From: an uncultured virus (IMG/VR IMGVR_UViG_3300025410_000672)
Lineage: Duplodnaviria > Heunggongvirae > Uroviricota > Caudoviricetes
Length of the DNA: 64,000 bases
Virus record (IMG/VR): IMGVR_UViG_3300025410_000672
Coordinates: 1 to 64,000 of that record
Direction: 5' to 3' (one strand)
Under the pieces are notes generated by a model. It had not been told where the DNA came from. It worked only from the letters and a program-made list of their open reading frames with translations, and did no database searches. Position 1 is the stretch's first letter. Every line of letters starts with the position of its first letter. Below are positions 33,650 to 44,585 of the stretch, piece after piece. Position numbers and translations under genes: made by a program.

Positions 33650-33729
33650 TTGAGCGGGATTGCCAAATGGGGTTCCGCTCAATATACCGAAAGGTAAACA
33701 AAATCTTGCTTAATAAAGGAGATAAGAAG
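33650..33729 (+). promoter_or_regulatory. ROSE-like RNA thermometer upstream of hsp20
   Basis: Three hairpins; the last is TCTTGCT-TAATAA-AGGAGA over the SD. Confidence 0.7.
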
Positions 33730-34155
33730 ATGAATCAGACATTAAATTATGCCCCACTTACACGATTTGCTGTAGGTTTTGAAGATTTATTCAGAGAAAT
33801 GGATAAACTTCACCTTAACAACACAAATGCAGCATATCCTCCATACAATATCGTAAGTATCGATGAGGATCGATTTTTAATCGAAATTGCTGTAGCAGGC
33901 TTTGCAGAAGACGAGTTAGATATTACTCTAGAAAGAGGTCAACTTGTTATAACAGGCAATAAATCAGAAGATGAGGAACCTCGCAATTTTGTTCATCGAG
34001 GCATTGCAACAAGAAATTTCACAAGAAATTTCCGATTAGCAAACTTTATCGAAGTTAATAATGCGAGCCTTAAAAATGGTCTTCTTGTAATAGAATTAAA
34101 AAGACTTATTCCTGAAGAAATGAAGCCTAAGAAAATTGCAATCGCTCATAAGTGA
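33730..34155 (+). CDS. Small heat-shock protein (IbpA/Hsp20)
   Basis: YPPYNI..EIAVAGF..HRGIA.R.F..NGLL; start at MNQTL after the SD. Confidence 0.92.
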   Translation: MNQTLNYAPLTRFAVGFEDLFREMDKLHLNNTNAAYPPYNIVSIDEDRFLIEIAVAGFAEDELDITLERGQLVITGNKSEDEEPRNFVHRGIATRNFTRNFRLANFIEVNNASLKNGLLVIELKRLIPEEMKPKKIAIAHK

Positions 34156-34223
34156 TTGTACTATATAAGTGTAGGGGCAATACCGTCCCCTACACTGATA
34201 AATATAAAATGGTGAAAAATATA

Positions 34224-34523
34224 ATGACTGTTGTTGATCCTGTTGCTGTAGAAAAAACCAAGTTAAAAATTGAAGAACCTGGTTTTTATAAGGTTATTTT
34301 CTTAAATGACAATGTTACTCCTATGGAGTTTGTTGTTGAGATATTACAGAAAATCTTTAAACATGACTTAGAAACTAGCCAGAAGATTATGCTAACTGTA
34401 CACACCGAAGGATCTGCTGTAGCTGGTGTCTATACATATGAAATAGCCGAACAGAAAGGTGTTGAAAGTACTGTTCTTGCTCGAAATAATGGATTTCCTC
34501 TTCAAGTAAAAGTTGAAAAATAA
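34224..34523 (+). CDS. clpS: N-end rule adaptor ClpS
   Basis: YKVIFLND..TPMEFVV..IML.VH..G.A.AG.Y.YEIAE.K..FPL; start uncertain. Confidence 0.9.
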   Translation: MTVVDPVAVEKTKLKIEEPGFYKVIFLNDNVTPMEFVVEILQKIFKHDLETSQKIMLTVHTEGSAVAGVYTYEIAEQKGVESTVLARNNGFPLQVKVEK

Positions 34524-35086
34524 TGAGTTTGAGAGAACTTACATTTGAAAGGCATAAAATTGCCGAAAGGCAAGAATTTGTAAAAGTTCTTTTCTCTGGA
34601 AATATTAATCCATTGTTTTATGCAACATTTCTAAAAAATCAACATCCTATGTATGAGTTTTTAGAAGTTAATGCAGATATAAATCGTGTCACAGAAGGAC
34701 TTTTTGATTATCACAGATCTTTCAAAATTCTAGAAGATTATTTAGAACTTTGGCCAGATGATGAAGATAACAAACCAACTATCCTTCCTGTAGTAAAAGA
34801 TTACCTAGATCATATTAAACATCTTTCTGCTACTGAACCTAGATTATTAATGGCTCATATCTACGTAAGACATATGGGAGACTTAGCAGGTGGACAAATG
34901 ATTGCTAAAAAAGTTCCAGGATCTGGAAAATTTTATCAATTTAAAGATCCTAATGCACTTAAATTAGCAATCAGAGAAAAACTCGACGATTCGTTATCTG
35001 AGGAAGCAAATACTTGTTTTGACTTTGCTATTAGAACGTTTAACGAATTAATGCTCTTAGATATACCAAAATATAACAATGAGTAA
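34523..35086 (+). CDS. Heme oxygenase (HemO/Ho1-like)
   Basis: LRELT..RH..AE (proximal His); AHIYVRHMGDLAGGQMI. Confidence 0.9.
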   Translation: MSLRELTFERHKIAERQEFVKVLFSGNINPLFYATFLKNQHPMYEFLEVNADINRVTEGLFDYHRSFKILEDYLELWPDDEDNKPTILPVVKDYLDHIKHLSATEPRLLMAHIYVRHMGDLAGGQMIAKKVPGSGKFYQFKDPNALKLAIREKLDDSLSEEANTCFDFAIRTFNELMLLDIPKYNNE

Positions 35087-35759
35087 TGTTTGGCCCCGTC
35101 TTATAGAGATTCAAGATCTCTTCATAGATAAACTTAATAAAACAGGTTTAGAAATATTCGAACCAGGGATGGATCGATTTAATCAACCTGGTTGGGTTAA
35201 TAGAGTTTGGGGTAGTAGAAATTATCGTCGTGCTCATGTTGATGTTGTAGATGCTCGCGAAACTAAAGGGCTGTGGATGATGCATTGCTGTATCTTTCCA
35301 CATGTTGATAATAATGCTCCTATCTTTGGATATGATGTTGTAGCAGGTAAGAATAAGATCACAGGATGTTTCCATGATTTTTCAATTACAGATGATCCTA
35401 GTCATCCCTTAATAGAATGGTTTGGAAATGAAGTTAGTAAACTAACATGGCGTAAAAAAAGAGATCTTCCAGATTGGGCACAGCGCATCTTTAGTGAACA
35501 CATGATTGCTGCTGGTAATGTTTCTAAAGAAGATGAATTAGATCAAATCTTTGCTATGATTGAAAAGAATCTTTCACACTATTTAGAATGTGTAGGAGAA
35601 ACAAGCGGTACTACATTTAATAATGCAGAAGAACAAAACTATTACTGCGAAAATCAGAAGCAAAACCCGCATACTCCTAAGGTTATGTCTAGTTTAGGGC
35701 TAGATGAGGAAGATGTGAGAGTGTTCATACAGGACTGTTTGTTCCCTGAAATAGTATAA
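35079..35759 (+). CDS. Ferredoxin-dependent bilin reductase (PcyA/PcyX-like)
   Basis: RRAHVD, MHCCIFP..PIFGYDVV, HDFS, R.LPDW..IFS, YCENQKQNPHT..LF; coupled to heme oxygenase. Confidence 0.85.
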   Translation: MSNVWPRLIEIQDLFIDKLNKTGLEIFEPGMDRFNQPGWVNRVWGSRNYRRAHVDVVDARETKGLWMMHCCIFPHVDNNAPIFGYDVVAGKNKITGCFHDFSITDDPSHPLIEWFGNEVSKLTWRKKRDLPDWAQRIFSEHMIAAGNVSKEDELDQIFAMIEKNLSHYLECVGETSGTTFNNAEEQNYYCENQKQNPHTPKVMSSLGLDEEDVRVFIQDCLFPEIV

Positions 35760-35769
35760 ATATATCATC

Positions 35770-37248
35770 ATGAGATTTAGAGATTTTAACACCACTATTG
35801 TAGAAGAAAATCAAATTACTTCTAATCCTGTAGATCAGCTAAAAAATATATTACTATCAAATGAGCCCGGTAGTGCTCCATATAATTTTGCTCTTAATCT
35901 TTCTAAAAAAATAGCAAATATTATCAAATCTTCATCTTCAAAAAAACCTATTGATACACAAGAACCAGTTAATTCTCCTGAAGAGACTCCAGAAAAACCA
36001 GCATTAGAGGCATTAGGCGATTTTAATATTAGTAAAGAACCTAAATTACCTCCAGAACTCTACCTTCTTTATAAGCATATTCCAGAAGTAATGGAACTTA
36101 TCAATGCTAATCCAGAAGTAGCAAAAAAATTAAATGCGGCAAATAAAAAATATGGTAGAAAAGAATTTACAAGAGGAAAAACTACACAACAATCAATAAC
36201 AACACAATCACAACAAAATATTTTAGAGTTAACAAAAGAAATTGCAAATAGAGTTGGAATGGGTGGTAATGATTTTTGGATTAATACTTTAATTGGCCAA
36301 TTAACTCCACTAACTGACGACGAAAAGAAAACATTCTTATTAGCATGTAAAGGCGGACATGCCCTTAATTGGGCAGGTATGTTACAATCTGAACAAGGAA
36401 TGGTAGAAACTTATCTCGATAATAAAATTAAGCCTTTTTGGAAGAAGATATCTTCTGGAATTTATTCTATGCCTTTAGCAGCATCTGTAGGGGGCGGCCA
36501 ATCTGGAAATGGTGAAGCTATGGTTGCTATAATGGTTGGAGGTCGTAAGCCTGAAAAGGGAGATCTCGAGGTTAATGGGAAAAAATTTGAAGTAAAAGCA
36601 ACTCAAGCAGATATTAAATCAACTGGAAGTGTGCAAATTAACGAAGCTTGGTTAGAAGGTGATTCAACAAAAGCAACTGATGTTAAAAATGCGTTAGTTA
36701 AATGGCTTAAAGAAAATAAACTAGACAGATTAATTACAGAAAAATTAATTGCTGCGGCTGATTTTAGACCTCAAAAAATTAATGGTATGAATTTTATTCT
36801 TAGTAAACTCACTCGCACACAAGCAGTTAAACTCTTATTATCAATACACAGTACTGTATTTCCTGCTATAGCAAGTAAAAGACCGTCGGTATTAAAATAT
36901 TTTACATCAAAAATGTTGAAAAAAGGAAAAGTTCCTCAATTAGATATTGAAGACGTAAAAAAATATCAAGGTGGAATGGCAATCTTTGAATATGCTATGG
37001 GTAAACACGAAGCTAGAAACTTTTTATTTTTAAGTTCTGTAAAAGGTAGAACAGATATCGGATTTGTTATAACAATGGGCGCAAAATCAACTGTTATGAA
37101 AGCAACAACACCAGGAAGTCCTGTACAATTAAGTTCTGGGATCACTTTTCAAGGAAGTGGAATTAAAAAAGCCTCGCCCGGCATCAAATGTTTTATAGAA
37201 AGAACTGATGACGGATTTGATATGAAGATTAAAGAAGTTAATCAATAA
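35770..37248 (+). CDS. Putative head-internal protein with PD-(D/E)XK nuclease-like motif
   Basis: MRFRDF N-terminus; GE....KGDLEVNGKKFEVK. Confidence 0.5.
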   Translation: MRFRDFNTTIVEENQITSNPVDQLKNILLSNEPGSAPYNFALNLSKKIANIIKSSSSKKPIDTQEPVNSPEETPEKPALEALGDFNISKEPKLPPELYLLYKHIPEVMELINANPEVAKKLNAANKKYGRKEFTRGKTTQQSITTQSQQNILELTKEIANRVGMGGNDFWINTLIGQLTPLTDDEKKTFLLACKGGHALNWAGMLQSEQGMVETYLDNKIKPFWKKISSGIYSMPLAASVGGGQSGNGEAMVAIMVGGRKPEKGDLEVNGKKFEVKATQADIKSTGSVQINEAWLEGDSTKATDVKNALVKWLKENKLDRLITEKLIAAADFRPQKINGMNFILSKLTRTQAVKLLLSIHSTVFPAIASKRPSVLKYFTSKMLKKGKVPQLDIEDVKKYQGGMAIFEYAMGKHEARNFLFLSSVKGRTDIGFVITMGAKSTVMKATTPGSPVQLSSGITFQGSGIKKASPGIKCFIERTDDGFDMKIKEVNQ

Positions 37249-37298
37249 TAAAATATACATATAATTTTATAAATAGCTGTACATAATTGGAGACAGCT

Positions 37299-37913
37299 AT
37301 GCAGATCACTAAAGATCAACTTGATAAAGCAATACCACTTGCTCGAGATGGCGATATAGAAAAATACTATCAGCCACTAGTTAATGCTATGAATAAATTC
37401 CAAATTAATACTAAATTAAGAATTGCTGCGTTTTTAGCAAACTTAGCACACGAAAGTGGTTCTTTACGTAATGTTGAAGAGAATCTTAATTATAGTTCTA
37501 ATAGATTAATGCAGGTTTTCCCACGTTATTTCAGAGGAAGAAACGTTTGGGCATATAATCATCATCCAGAAATGATTGCTAATGTTGTATATGCTGCTAG
37601 AATGGGAAATGGTGATTCAAGATCCGGAGACGGATGGAAATATAGAGGTCGAGGTTTTATACAATTAACAGGTAAAGCAAATTATGAAGAATTAGGAAAA
37701 GCAGTAGGACAGGATCTAGTTACTAATCCAGATTGGGTAGAAACTCCAGAAGGAGCATCAACAAGTGCTGCTTGGTTCTGGCAGTCACATGGTCTTAACG
37801 AACTTGCTGATCAAAATCGTTTAAGAGATATTACATTAAGAATTAATGGCGGATTGAACGGACAAGACGAACGTATCGCTTTCTTCAATCGCATTGAAAA
37901 AATATTAGGATAA
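37299..37913 (+). CDS. Endolysin, glycoside hydrolase family 19
   Basis: AAFLA...HESG..EENLNY, YRGRGFIQLTG, INGG.NG...R. Confidence 0.9.
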   Translation: MQITKDQLDKAIPLARDGDIEKYYQPLVNAMNKFQINTKLRIAAFLANLAHESGSLRNVEENLNYSSNRLMQVFPRYFRGRNVWAYNHHPEMIANVVYAARMGNGDSRSGDGWKYRGRGFIQLTGKANYEELGKAVGQDLVTNPDWVETPEGASTSAAWFWQSHGLNELADQNRLRDITLRINGGLNGQDERIAFFNRIEKILG

Positions 37914-37924
37914 AGGAGTGTGAA

Positions 37925-38404
37925 ATGTTTGGTTTTCTAAGCGGTATGGGAGCAAGAATAGTAACGATCCTAGTTGTTCTAGTATTACTAATTGCTGCCT
38001 TTTTTTATGTAAAAAGTTTACAATCTAGCCTAGAGGCTGCTAAAGCAGAACAGGCTAGATTAGTTGATGTTGTTAGTTCACAAAAATTAGCAATGGATCA
38101 ACTTAAAATGGATATTACTAGAATGAATAATATTCAAACAGAATATGGTAAAAAAGTCAGCGATTTTGACAACAAAGTTAAAGATATTTCTGACAAGTTC
38201 AATAAAGATAAAAATGGAAAACCTAGAGATTTTGGAAAGGATATTGCTACTCATCCAGATGCAATGGAATTATCAATTAACAGAGCAACAATAGATGCTC
38301 ATCGTTGTAATGAATTAATAACAGGATCACCACTAACAAAAGATGAACTATCAGGTAAAGTTAAAAATTCGATATGCCCAGAACTATTAGGAGGCAAGAG
38401 ATGA
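37925..38404 (+). CDS. Inner-membrane spanin (Rz-like)
   Basis: N-terminal TM plus coiled coil, directly after the endolysin. Confidence 0.7.
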   Translation: MFGFLSGMGARIVTILVVLVLLIAAFFYVKSLQSSLEAAKAEQARLVDVVSSQKLAMDQLKMDITRMNNIQTEYGKKVSDFDNKVKDISDKFNKDKNGKPRDFGKDIATHPDAMELSINRATIDAHRCNELITGSPLTKDELSGKVKNSICPELLGGKR

Positions 38405-38733
38405 ATAAAGTTTTAATAATAATGTCTGCTCTAGGATTAGCAGCATGTAATAGCACAACAATGATTAAACCAGAAATTCAAAATCGTCCTAATATTGTTC
38501 TTCCACAAGTACGTCCGGTTGAGCAATTACCAGTTAAATGGACTGTACTTACTCGTAAGAACATGGAATCAAAGTTAAAGGCATTAGAAGCAAATGGAGG
38601 TACTGCTACATTCATTGCTACTACTCCTGAAGGATATAAGAATCTAAGTCTTAATGCTGCTGAACTTCGTCGTTATATCGAAGAACAAAATGCTAAAATG
38701 GACGCATTAGAGAAATATTACGAAGGACAATAA
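38401..38733 (+). CDS. Outer-membrane spanin lipoprotein (Rz1-like)
   Basis: LAAC lipobox, Pro-rich, ATGA overlap with the i-spanin. Confidence 0.75.
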   Translation: MNKVLIIMSALGLAACNSTTMIKPEIQNRPNIVLPQVRPVEQLPVKWTVLTRKNMESKLKALEANGGTATFIATTPEGYKNLSLNAAELRRYIEEQNAKMDALEKYYEGQ

Positions 38734-39273
38734 ATGTCAAAAGATGTAACATGCCCTGATCCATCTGCTACTGCTGATACTGTAGCAGATGCTACAAAAG
38801 AAGTTGTTCACAAAGCAACTGAACATCCAATTTGGCAACAATTACTTACAACTATAGCAGCAAAGCCTGAAGACTTTGTTATGTGGTTTTTATTAATTGT
38901 GTTAATGACTATGTTTACGTTTTTAATATGGTCATGGCATAGAAGTAAAACAAACAAATTTGATTTGGAAGATTTAGTTTGTATAGATGGTAAACTTAAC
39001 GAAAGCAAGATGAATCGATTTGTTGCTTTCGTTATTAGTACTTGGGGATTTATATATCTACTTGTTACTAAACAATTTACAGAATGGTTTTTTATGGGAT
39101 ATATGGGTGCTTGGGTAAGTAATGCTTTATTAGCAACATATCTTCGTCAACGTGATAAAGAAATTGATCAGAACTATCAATTACAATTGGCAAAAGCACA
39201 AGCAGATAATCCAAATATAGTTACAGATCCTACTGCCAATTTACCAGCAAATGATCAAGGTAATACAGGTTGA
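38734..39273 (+). CDS. Putative holin
   Basis: Three hydrophobic segments; last gene of the lysis cassette. Confidence 0.45.
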   Translation: MSKDVTCPDPSATADTVADATKEVVHKATEHPIWQQLLTTIAAKPEDFVMWFLLIVLMTMFTFLIWSWHRSKTNKFDLEDLVCIDGKLNESKMNRFVAFVISTWGFIYLLVTKQFTEWFFMGYMGAWVSNALLATYLRQRDKEIDQNYQLQLAKAQADNPNIVTDPTANLPANDQGNTG

Positions 39274-39336
39274 CAAATAAATCTTAATACATTATTATTA
39301 ACCTAACTAAGGAGAATATAACAGTGAGTCATATAA

Positions 39337-39555
39337 ATGGCTAAAGAAGAGTTGATTGAGTTAATGGGTACAGTTACTGAAGTATTACCCAATAGTATGT
39401 ATAGAGTTACCGTTAAAGAAAATGGACATGTAGTTCTTGCTTACGGTAGTGGAAAGATAAGACAAAACAAGATCAAAATACTTGAAGGTGATGTTGTTAC
39501 ATTAGAAATGAGTCCCTATGATTTAGAAAAGGGCAGAATCAAGTATAGACATTAA
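39337..39555 (+). CDS. infA: Translation initiation factor IF-1
   Basis: [15 protein letters not shown]...SGK.R...I.IL.GD.V..E.SPYDL.KGRI.YR. Confidence 0.95.
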   Translation: MAKEELIELMGTVTEVLPNSMYRVTVKENGHVVLAYGSGKIRQNKIKILEGDVVTLEMSPYDLEKGRIKYRH

Positions 39556-39562
39556 ATAACTA

Positions 39563-40381
39563 ATGCTACCTTTACCATATCATAACGAAACTGAGGGAAC
39601 TCGTATATTTCAGAGTTTCCAAAAATTCTTTAACAAAGAAGTTACACCTAAGCAGGTGGTTTCTCATCTCAGAAAAATTGTAGGTCCAAATGTTGTAATA
39701 ACAACACAAAAGAGTACAAATGTTGAGAATAATGATTTAAATCTTAATGCTTATTATGATCCTGACGAAGATGAACAAGAAGAAAAACCATTTGAAATAA
39801 TGGTGGTATTCCCAAAAGAAAACCCAAATGTCACTATGGATAAAGAGGGATGGCGTGAATTCGCCACGAAGGTCATAGACTTTCTCGAACACGAGATGAT
39901 ACATCAGGCTCAATATAGATCTCGTGAGTTTCGCCCTGGTAGGCAATATCGAAGCAGGCACACGGATCCAACCATTAAACAGAGTCAAGAATATCTGGGA
40001 AATCCGGACGAGATAGAAGCCTATGCGTATAATCTTAGTCGTGAGCTATTGAGAAAAACTAATAATGACTATGATCGCACAATGCGTCTGCTAAAAAACT
40101 TTAGTCAAACTGCTATGACAAAGGACCAAGCAGGTCGACTGCTTAGTCCTAATCTTTCTGCTTACTTCAAAGATTTTAATTATGATACAACTCATCCAGT
40201 TCTTAAAAATCTTATGAAAAAGACTTATCAATTTGTTCAACAGCAAATGAAACAAAAGCAGAGAGAAGCCCGTGTTGCCGAACGCAACTCACAAATCGAA
40301 CGAGAGACGGAACGAGTAAAAGAGAGTCTTGAACGACTTGACAAAGAGTTTGGATCATCATATACTATTATAGTAGAATAG
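39563..40381 (+). CDS. Putative zinc metallopeptidase
   Basis: HEMIH...EIEAY motif. Confidence 0.55.
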   Translation: MLPLPYHNETEGTRIFQSFQKFFNKEVTPKQVVSHLRKIVGPNVVITTQKSTNVENNDLNLNAYYDPDEDEQEEKPFEIMVVFPKENPNVTMDKEGWREFATKVIDFLEHEMIHQAQYRSREFRPGRQYRSRHTDPTIKQSQEYLGNPDEIEAYAYNLSRELLRKTNNDYDRTMRLLKNFSQTAMTKDQAGRLLSPNLSAYFKDFNYDTTHPVLKNLMKKTYQFVQQQMKQKQREARVAERNSQIERETERVKESLERLDKEFGSSYTIIVE

Positions 40382-41359
40382 AAATCCAAACATAGGAAAA
40401 TCCGAATGTCCGTTACCGGTGTTGAAATTAGCGAGTTTGAAACTCTTGAAGTTCTTGCGGCTGCTATTGCTGCTTTCGAACACAATAAAGGCTACATCAA
40501 ACATAACGAACCAACATTTATATACGATGACGCACATATTACCAAATATGCTAATAAAGAAATTCTAAGATATCACTTTATGGTTGATTACTACGGTAAT
40601 AATGGTAATAAACCTCCTGTTATTAAAGTCTCTGATGAACATAGAGAAAAAGCAAAAGAAATTCGTGAATATACTAAAAAAGAAATCTTTAATCTCCTAA
40701 ACAATAAACATGGTTATACAACTGACCTATATACTATTCTTAATAACGAGTATGCAGGAGCAAATAAGTTTGGATGGATTGCTTCTGCTCCGCTCTATTT
40801 CCAAAACGGTAAAAATAAAGATTTATATAAAGAAAAATTAAACAGTATTCAAAGTAACTATGTTGGTGCTATAGGTGGCAAGGTATTTTTAAAAGATTTT
40901 GAAATTATTAAAAATAATAAGAGTAATAATTTTCCAGGATGTGTTGTTCAAGGTATTTGTGAAGGAAACTTGTTTCTATTCTTTTCATCACACGATTGGA
41001 GTGGATTTAAGGTTGGTGACAAAGTTAATATCGAAGGCAAAGTAAAAGATCACGTTTTAGAACAAAATACAATCCCTATGACTAAATTAAACAGAGTCTA
41101 CGAAAGGACACAGAATGGCAGTAGAAGGACAATACGGACAGTCAGTGACAGTGACTTGTTCCGATAATGGAAAATCACAAATAGCAGAAGTATTAAAATT
41201 TCAAGAAGGACAAAGACTAATAGTAAGTCTTAATCGAACTATTCGCATGGAAATGGTATACAATCCCCGTAGTAAGTTGTATATTGCTAATCAAAGTGGC
41301 CTAGAATTTGTTTCTAGTGGTCCTAATTTTATTCAACGTGCGGAGGTTAAAAGACGCTA

Positions 41360-41959
41360 ATGGCATTAGTTCCAGTTGTTATTGAAAAAGAATCAGGCGG
41401 TGAACGCTCTTATGATATCTATAGTCGTTTGCTTAAAGATCGTATCATTATGCTCGAAGGAGAAGTTGGCGATCACATGAGTGGAGTAATTTGTGCTCAA
41501 TTACTCTTCCTCGAAAGTCAAAATAGTAAAGATATCTATATGTACATTAATAGTCCCGGTGGATCAGTTACTTCTGGTATGGCTATCTACGATACAATGC
41601 AATTCATTAAACCAGATGTTGTTACTATTGCTATGGGACAAGCATGTTCGATGGGTTCACTATTAGCACAAGCAGGTGCTCCAGGTAAAAGACTTATACT
41701 TCCACATGCTCGTCACATGATACATCAACCAAGTGGCGGAGCAAGAGGACAGGCAACTGATATCCAAATTCAGGCACGTGAGATACAAAAGATGAAAGAA
41801 TATCTCACAAATATCTACGTTAAACATAATTCGCAAAGTAAACTATATGATGAACTTGCTGCTGATATGGAACGTGATTATTTCATGAGTGCCGCAGAAG
41901 CAGTTGCTTATGGTCTTGCTGATCGTGTTATTGAAAAAAGGGAAGAAGCCGTTGAATAA
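41360..41959 (+). CDS. clpP: ATP-dependent Clp protease proteolytic subunit
   Basis: [37 protein letters not shown]. Confidence 0.95.
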   Translation: MALVPVVIEKESGGERSYDIYSRLLKDRIIMLEGEVGDHMSGVICAQLLFLESQNSKDIYMYINSPGGSVTSGMAIYDTMQFIKPDVVTIAMGQACSMGSLLAQAGAPGKRLILPHARHMIHQPSGGARGQATDIQIQAREIQKMKEYLTNIYVKHNSQSKLYDELAADMERDYFMSAAEAVAYGLADRVIEKREEAVE

Positions 41960-42764
41960 ACTTCTAATGTGTCCACCGATGTATTTTAATGTCGATTATG
42001 ACATTAATCCATGGATGAGTGACAATATAAATCAAGTTGACAAAGAATTAGCAGAGAAGCAATGGCGTAAACTTTATAATGCTCTCCGCGATGTTGCTGA
42101 TGTTTATCTAATAGATCCACAACCAGGATTACCAGATATGGTGTTTACTGCTAATGCTGGATTCTATAAGAGAAAACATAATATGGTTTATATTTCTAAT
42201 TTTAGAAATGAACAGCGTAAGGGTGAAGAAGTACACTTTATCGAATGGTTTAAAGAAAATGGATATTCTATTGTTTATACACACTATCCATTTGAAGGTG
42301 AAGGTGATCTCTTAAAAGGTGATATGGACAATCACTGGATCGGATGGGGATTTAGAAGTGACAAGAGAATTCACGACGAATTTCCTTTTACTAACATAGA
42401 CAACTTAAAAAAGTTACATCTTGTTGATCCACGCTTCTATCATCTTGATACTTGCTTTGCTCCCCTAATGAGAGAGAAAGGAGTACTTTGGTATCCGGAT
42501 GCGTTTAGTGAAGAATCACAGAAGAAGATTAGAAAGTATACTGATAGAAAGTTTTCGGTAGAGGTAACAGAGGAAGAAGCATTGACCTTTGCTTGTAATG
42601 CTGTTATTATTAAGAATCATGTGTTCATGCCCGAATGTAACTCAGTCGCAAACAAACTTAGTATGTTAGGATATAAAGTACAACAGTTTGATATGAGTGA
42701 GTTTATGAAATCAGGTGGAGCATGTAAGTGCCTAGTTATGAAGATCGGAAAGAAGGACGATTAA
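41952..42764 (+). CDS. Amidinotransferase/dimethylarginine dimethylaminohydrolase-family protein
   Basis: [33 protein letters not shown] start inferred. Confidence 0.85.
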   Translation: MNKLLMCPPMYFNVDYDINPWMSDNINQVDKELAEKQWRKLYNALRDVADVYLIDPQPGLPDMVFTANAGFYKRKHNMVYISNFRNEQRKGEEVHFIEWFKENGYSIVYTHYPFEGEGDLLKGDMDNHWIGWGFRSDKRIHDEFPFTNIDNLKKLHLVDPRFYHLDTCFAPLMREKGVLWYPDAFSEESQKKIRKYTDRKFSVEVTEEEALTFACNAVIIKNHVFMPECNSVANKLSMLGYKVQQFDMSEFMKSGGACKCLVMKIGKKDD

Positions 42765-43796
42765 TATGTACAAGGTTAGTACTGTAGAAAAGAAAAACGT
42801 TGTCGAAAAAGAATCTTTCACAAAAGATGGCAAGTTTGCTATCATTAAACAAGGTTATAGATGGGGTTACTTTACTACAGACGAGAAACCTAATCTTGAA
42901 AATTACGATCCAGAAGAAGGCCTTATGATTTATGATTATAATGTTGATGATCATAGTTTTGACGACGGGTGTTGGATTGAATTTGAATACGACGACGAAT
43001 TAACTGAAGATGAACAGGCTGAGTTTGAAGATGCGTTCAACGAAAACTGGTATTCGGGCGTTGAAGATTTAGGCTGGGATCAAGACGAAAGTGAAGTGAT
43101 CTTCTACGGTGAACTCGAAGTTGAAGAAATCAAAGAAGAAAATGATGACTTAGACAATGTTGCTGACGGAACTACTCGATCTCACGTTATTGAAGACGAT
43201 GACGATGATATTGAAGAATACGAACGAGACTAATGAAAGTTCATATTGGACGTTATCCAAGTAACTGGGTTACTAAAAGAAATCCAAATGCTGAACAAAA
43301 AGTTCAAGTAAGGATTGATCCTTGGGATACTTGGAACATGGCAGAAACATTGGCAGATATTATACTGCCAATGCTGAAACAACTACGTGATGAGAAACAC
43401 GGTTCTCCTGGAGGATTAAAACCTTTTAATGAAACTTCTAACTCTCCACAAGGCTGTTTTGATTGGTACAAGGATGATGATAACAAGGCTTGGGAATTAG
43501 GTCATAAACAATGGCATGAGATTATGGATAAAATGATTTGGTCATTTGAACAAATTGTTGATCGTGATAGAGACAGTCAATTTCACAGTGGTACACATGA
43601 TATTAAATGGGTTCCTATTAAAGACGCAGACGGAAACACCACAAGTTATCAAATGGTAAAAGGTCCTAAAGATACACATAAATTTGACCAAAAAGGTTAC
43701 ACAGAGTATTATGAGAAAATACAAGAAGGTTTAGATCTTTTTGGAAAATATTATATGAATTTATGGGACTAATAAATAAATAGGAGAGTATAGCGA

Positions 43797-43867
43797 GCGG
43801 GATTAGTTTAGGGGTAAAACTAAAGATTTCCAATCTTTCGTCATCGGTTCGATTCCGTTATCCCGCT
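43797..43867 (+). tRNA. tRNA-Gly(UCC), CCA not encoded, overlapped antisense by an endonuclease ORF
   Basis: GCGGGAT/ATCCCGC acceptor, loop TT-TCC-AA, U73. Confidence 0.85.
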
Positions 43868-44585
43868 CGGTGTACTTTTCTTCCCACAATTTTATTCTTT
43901 CTAATAATTCTTCAAATGTTATGTCACATTTACCAGATTTAACTTTATTTTCTGAGTGTAATATTATTCTACAATTAGCAGGATGAGATATAATTTTCGA
44001 ATCAATATTATTAGCGAATCCATAACTAACTGATATAATATGATCTCTGCTAACTCCTGATATGTTCTTTGGTTGTTTTTTTCTTTTTTTTCCTGGACAA
44101 GTATACCATCCATATTTTTCTATTAGTTCCAAATCAAACTCTTCAGGATAATGATATATATTAAATCTAAACCTTGAGGCAGAATAGTATTTTTCTTTAA
44201 GTGTTTTAATGTATGGCGAACATCGTCGTATAGATCCATCTAAATTTCTATTAGAGTAATATTGATTAGTATGTTTACATAAAATAAATTTTACTTTAGA
44301 ACAAGGATGTTTTTCGATTGGCTGCGGCCCCCTTTTTCGAGGAGTTTTATTTGTTATTTTAGCAGCACAACTCTGAGAACAATATTTGTTTTTTCTTTTA
44401 CTATATTCAAGCGGTGTTTGGCAATAATTACAATTAGTAGGATTTAGTTGATATTTTTTTATCGAGGCTTCTTTATTAACTTTGTTTCTATATTTTGTCC
44501 CGCACGACAATGAACAAAATTTTCCAAAAGATCCGTTACTTAGGATAAATTCTAAATTACATTCTTGACATATCGCTCGTTTCAT
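43803..44585 (-). mobile_element. Zn-finger/HNH-like homing endonuclease inserted at the tRNA-Gly 3' end
   Basis: CxxC..FCSLSC and CxxC..YCSQSC fingers; SRDHIISV...HPANC....H.EN..K; TAAATA 5 nt before ATG 44585. Confidence 0.75.
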
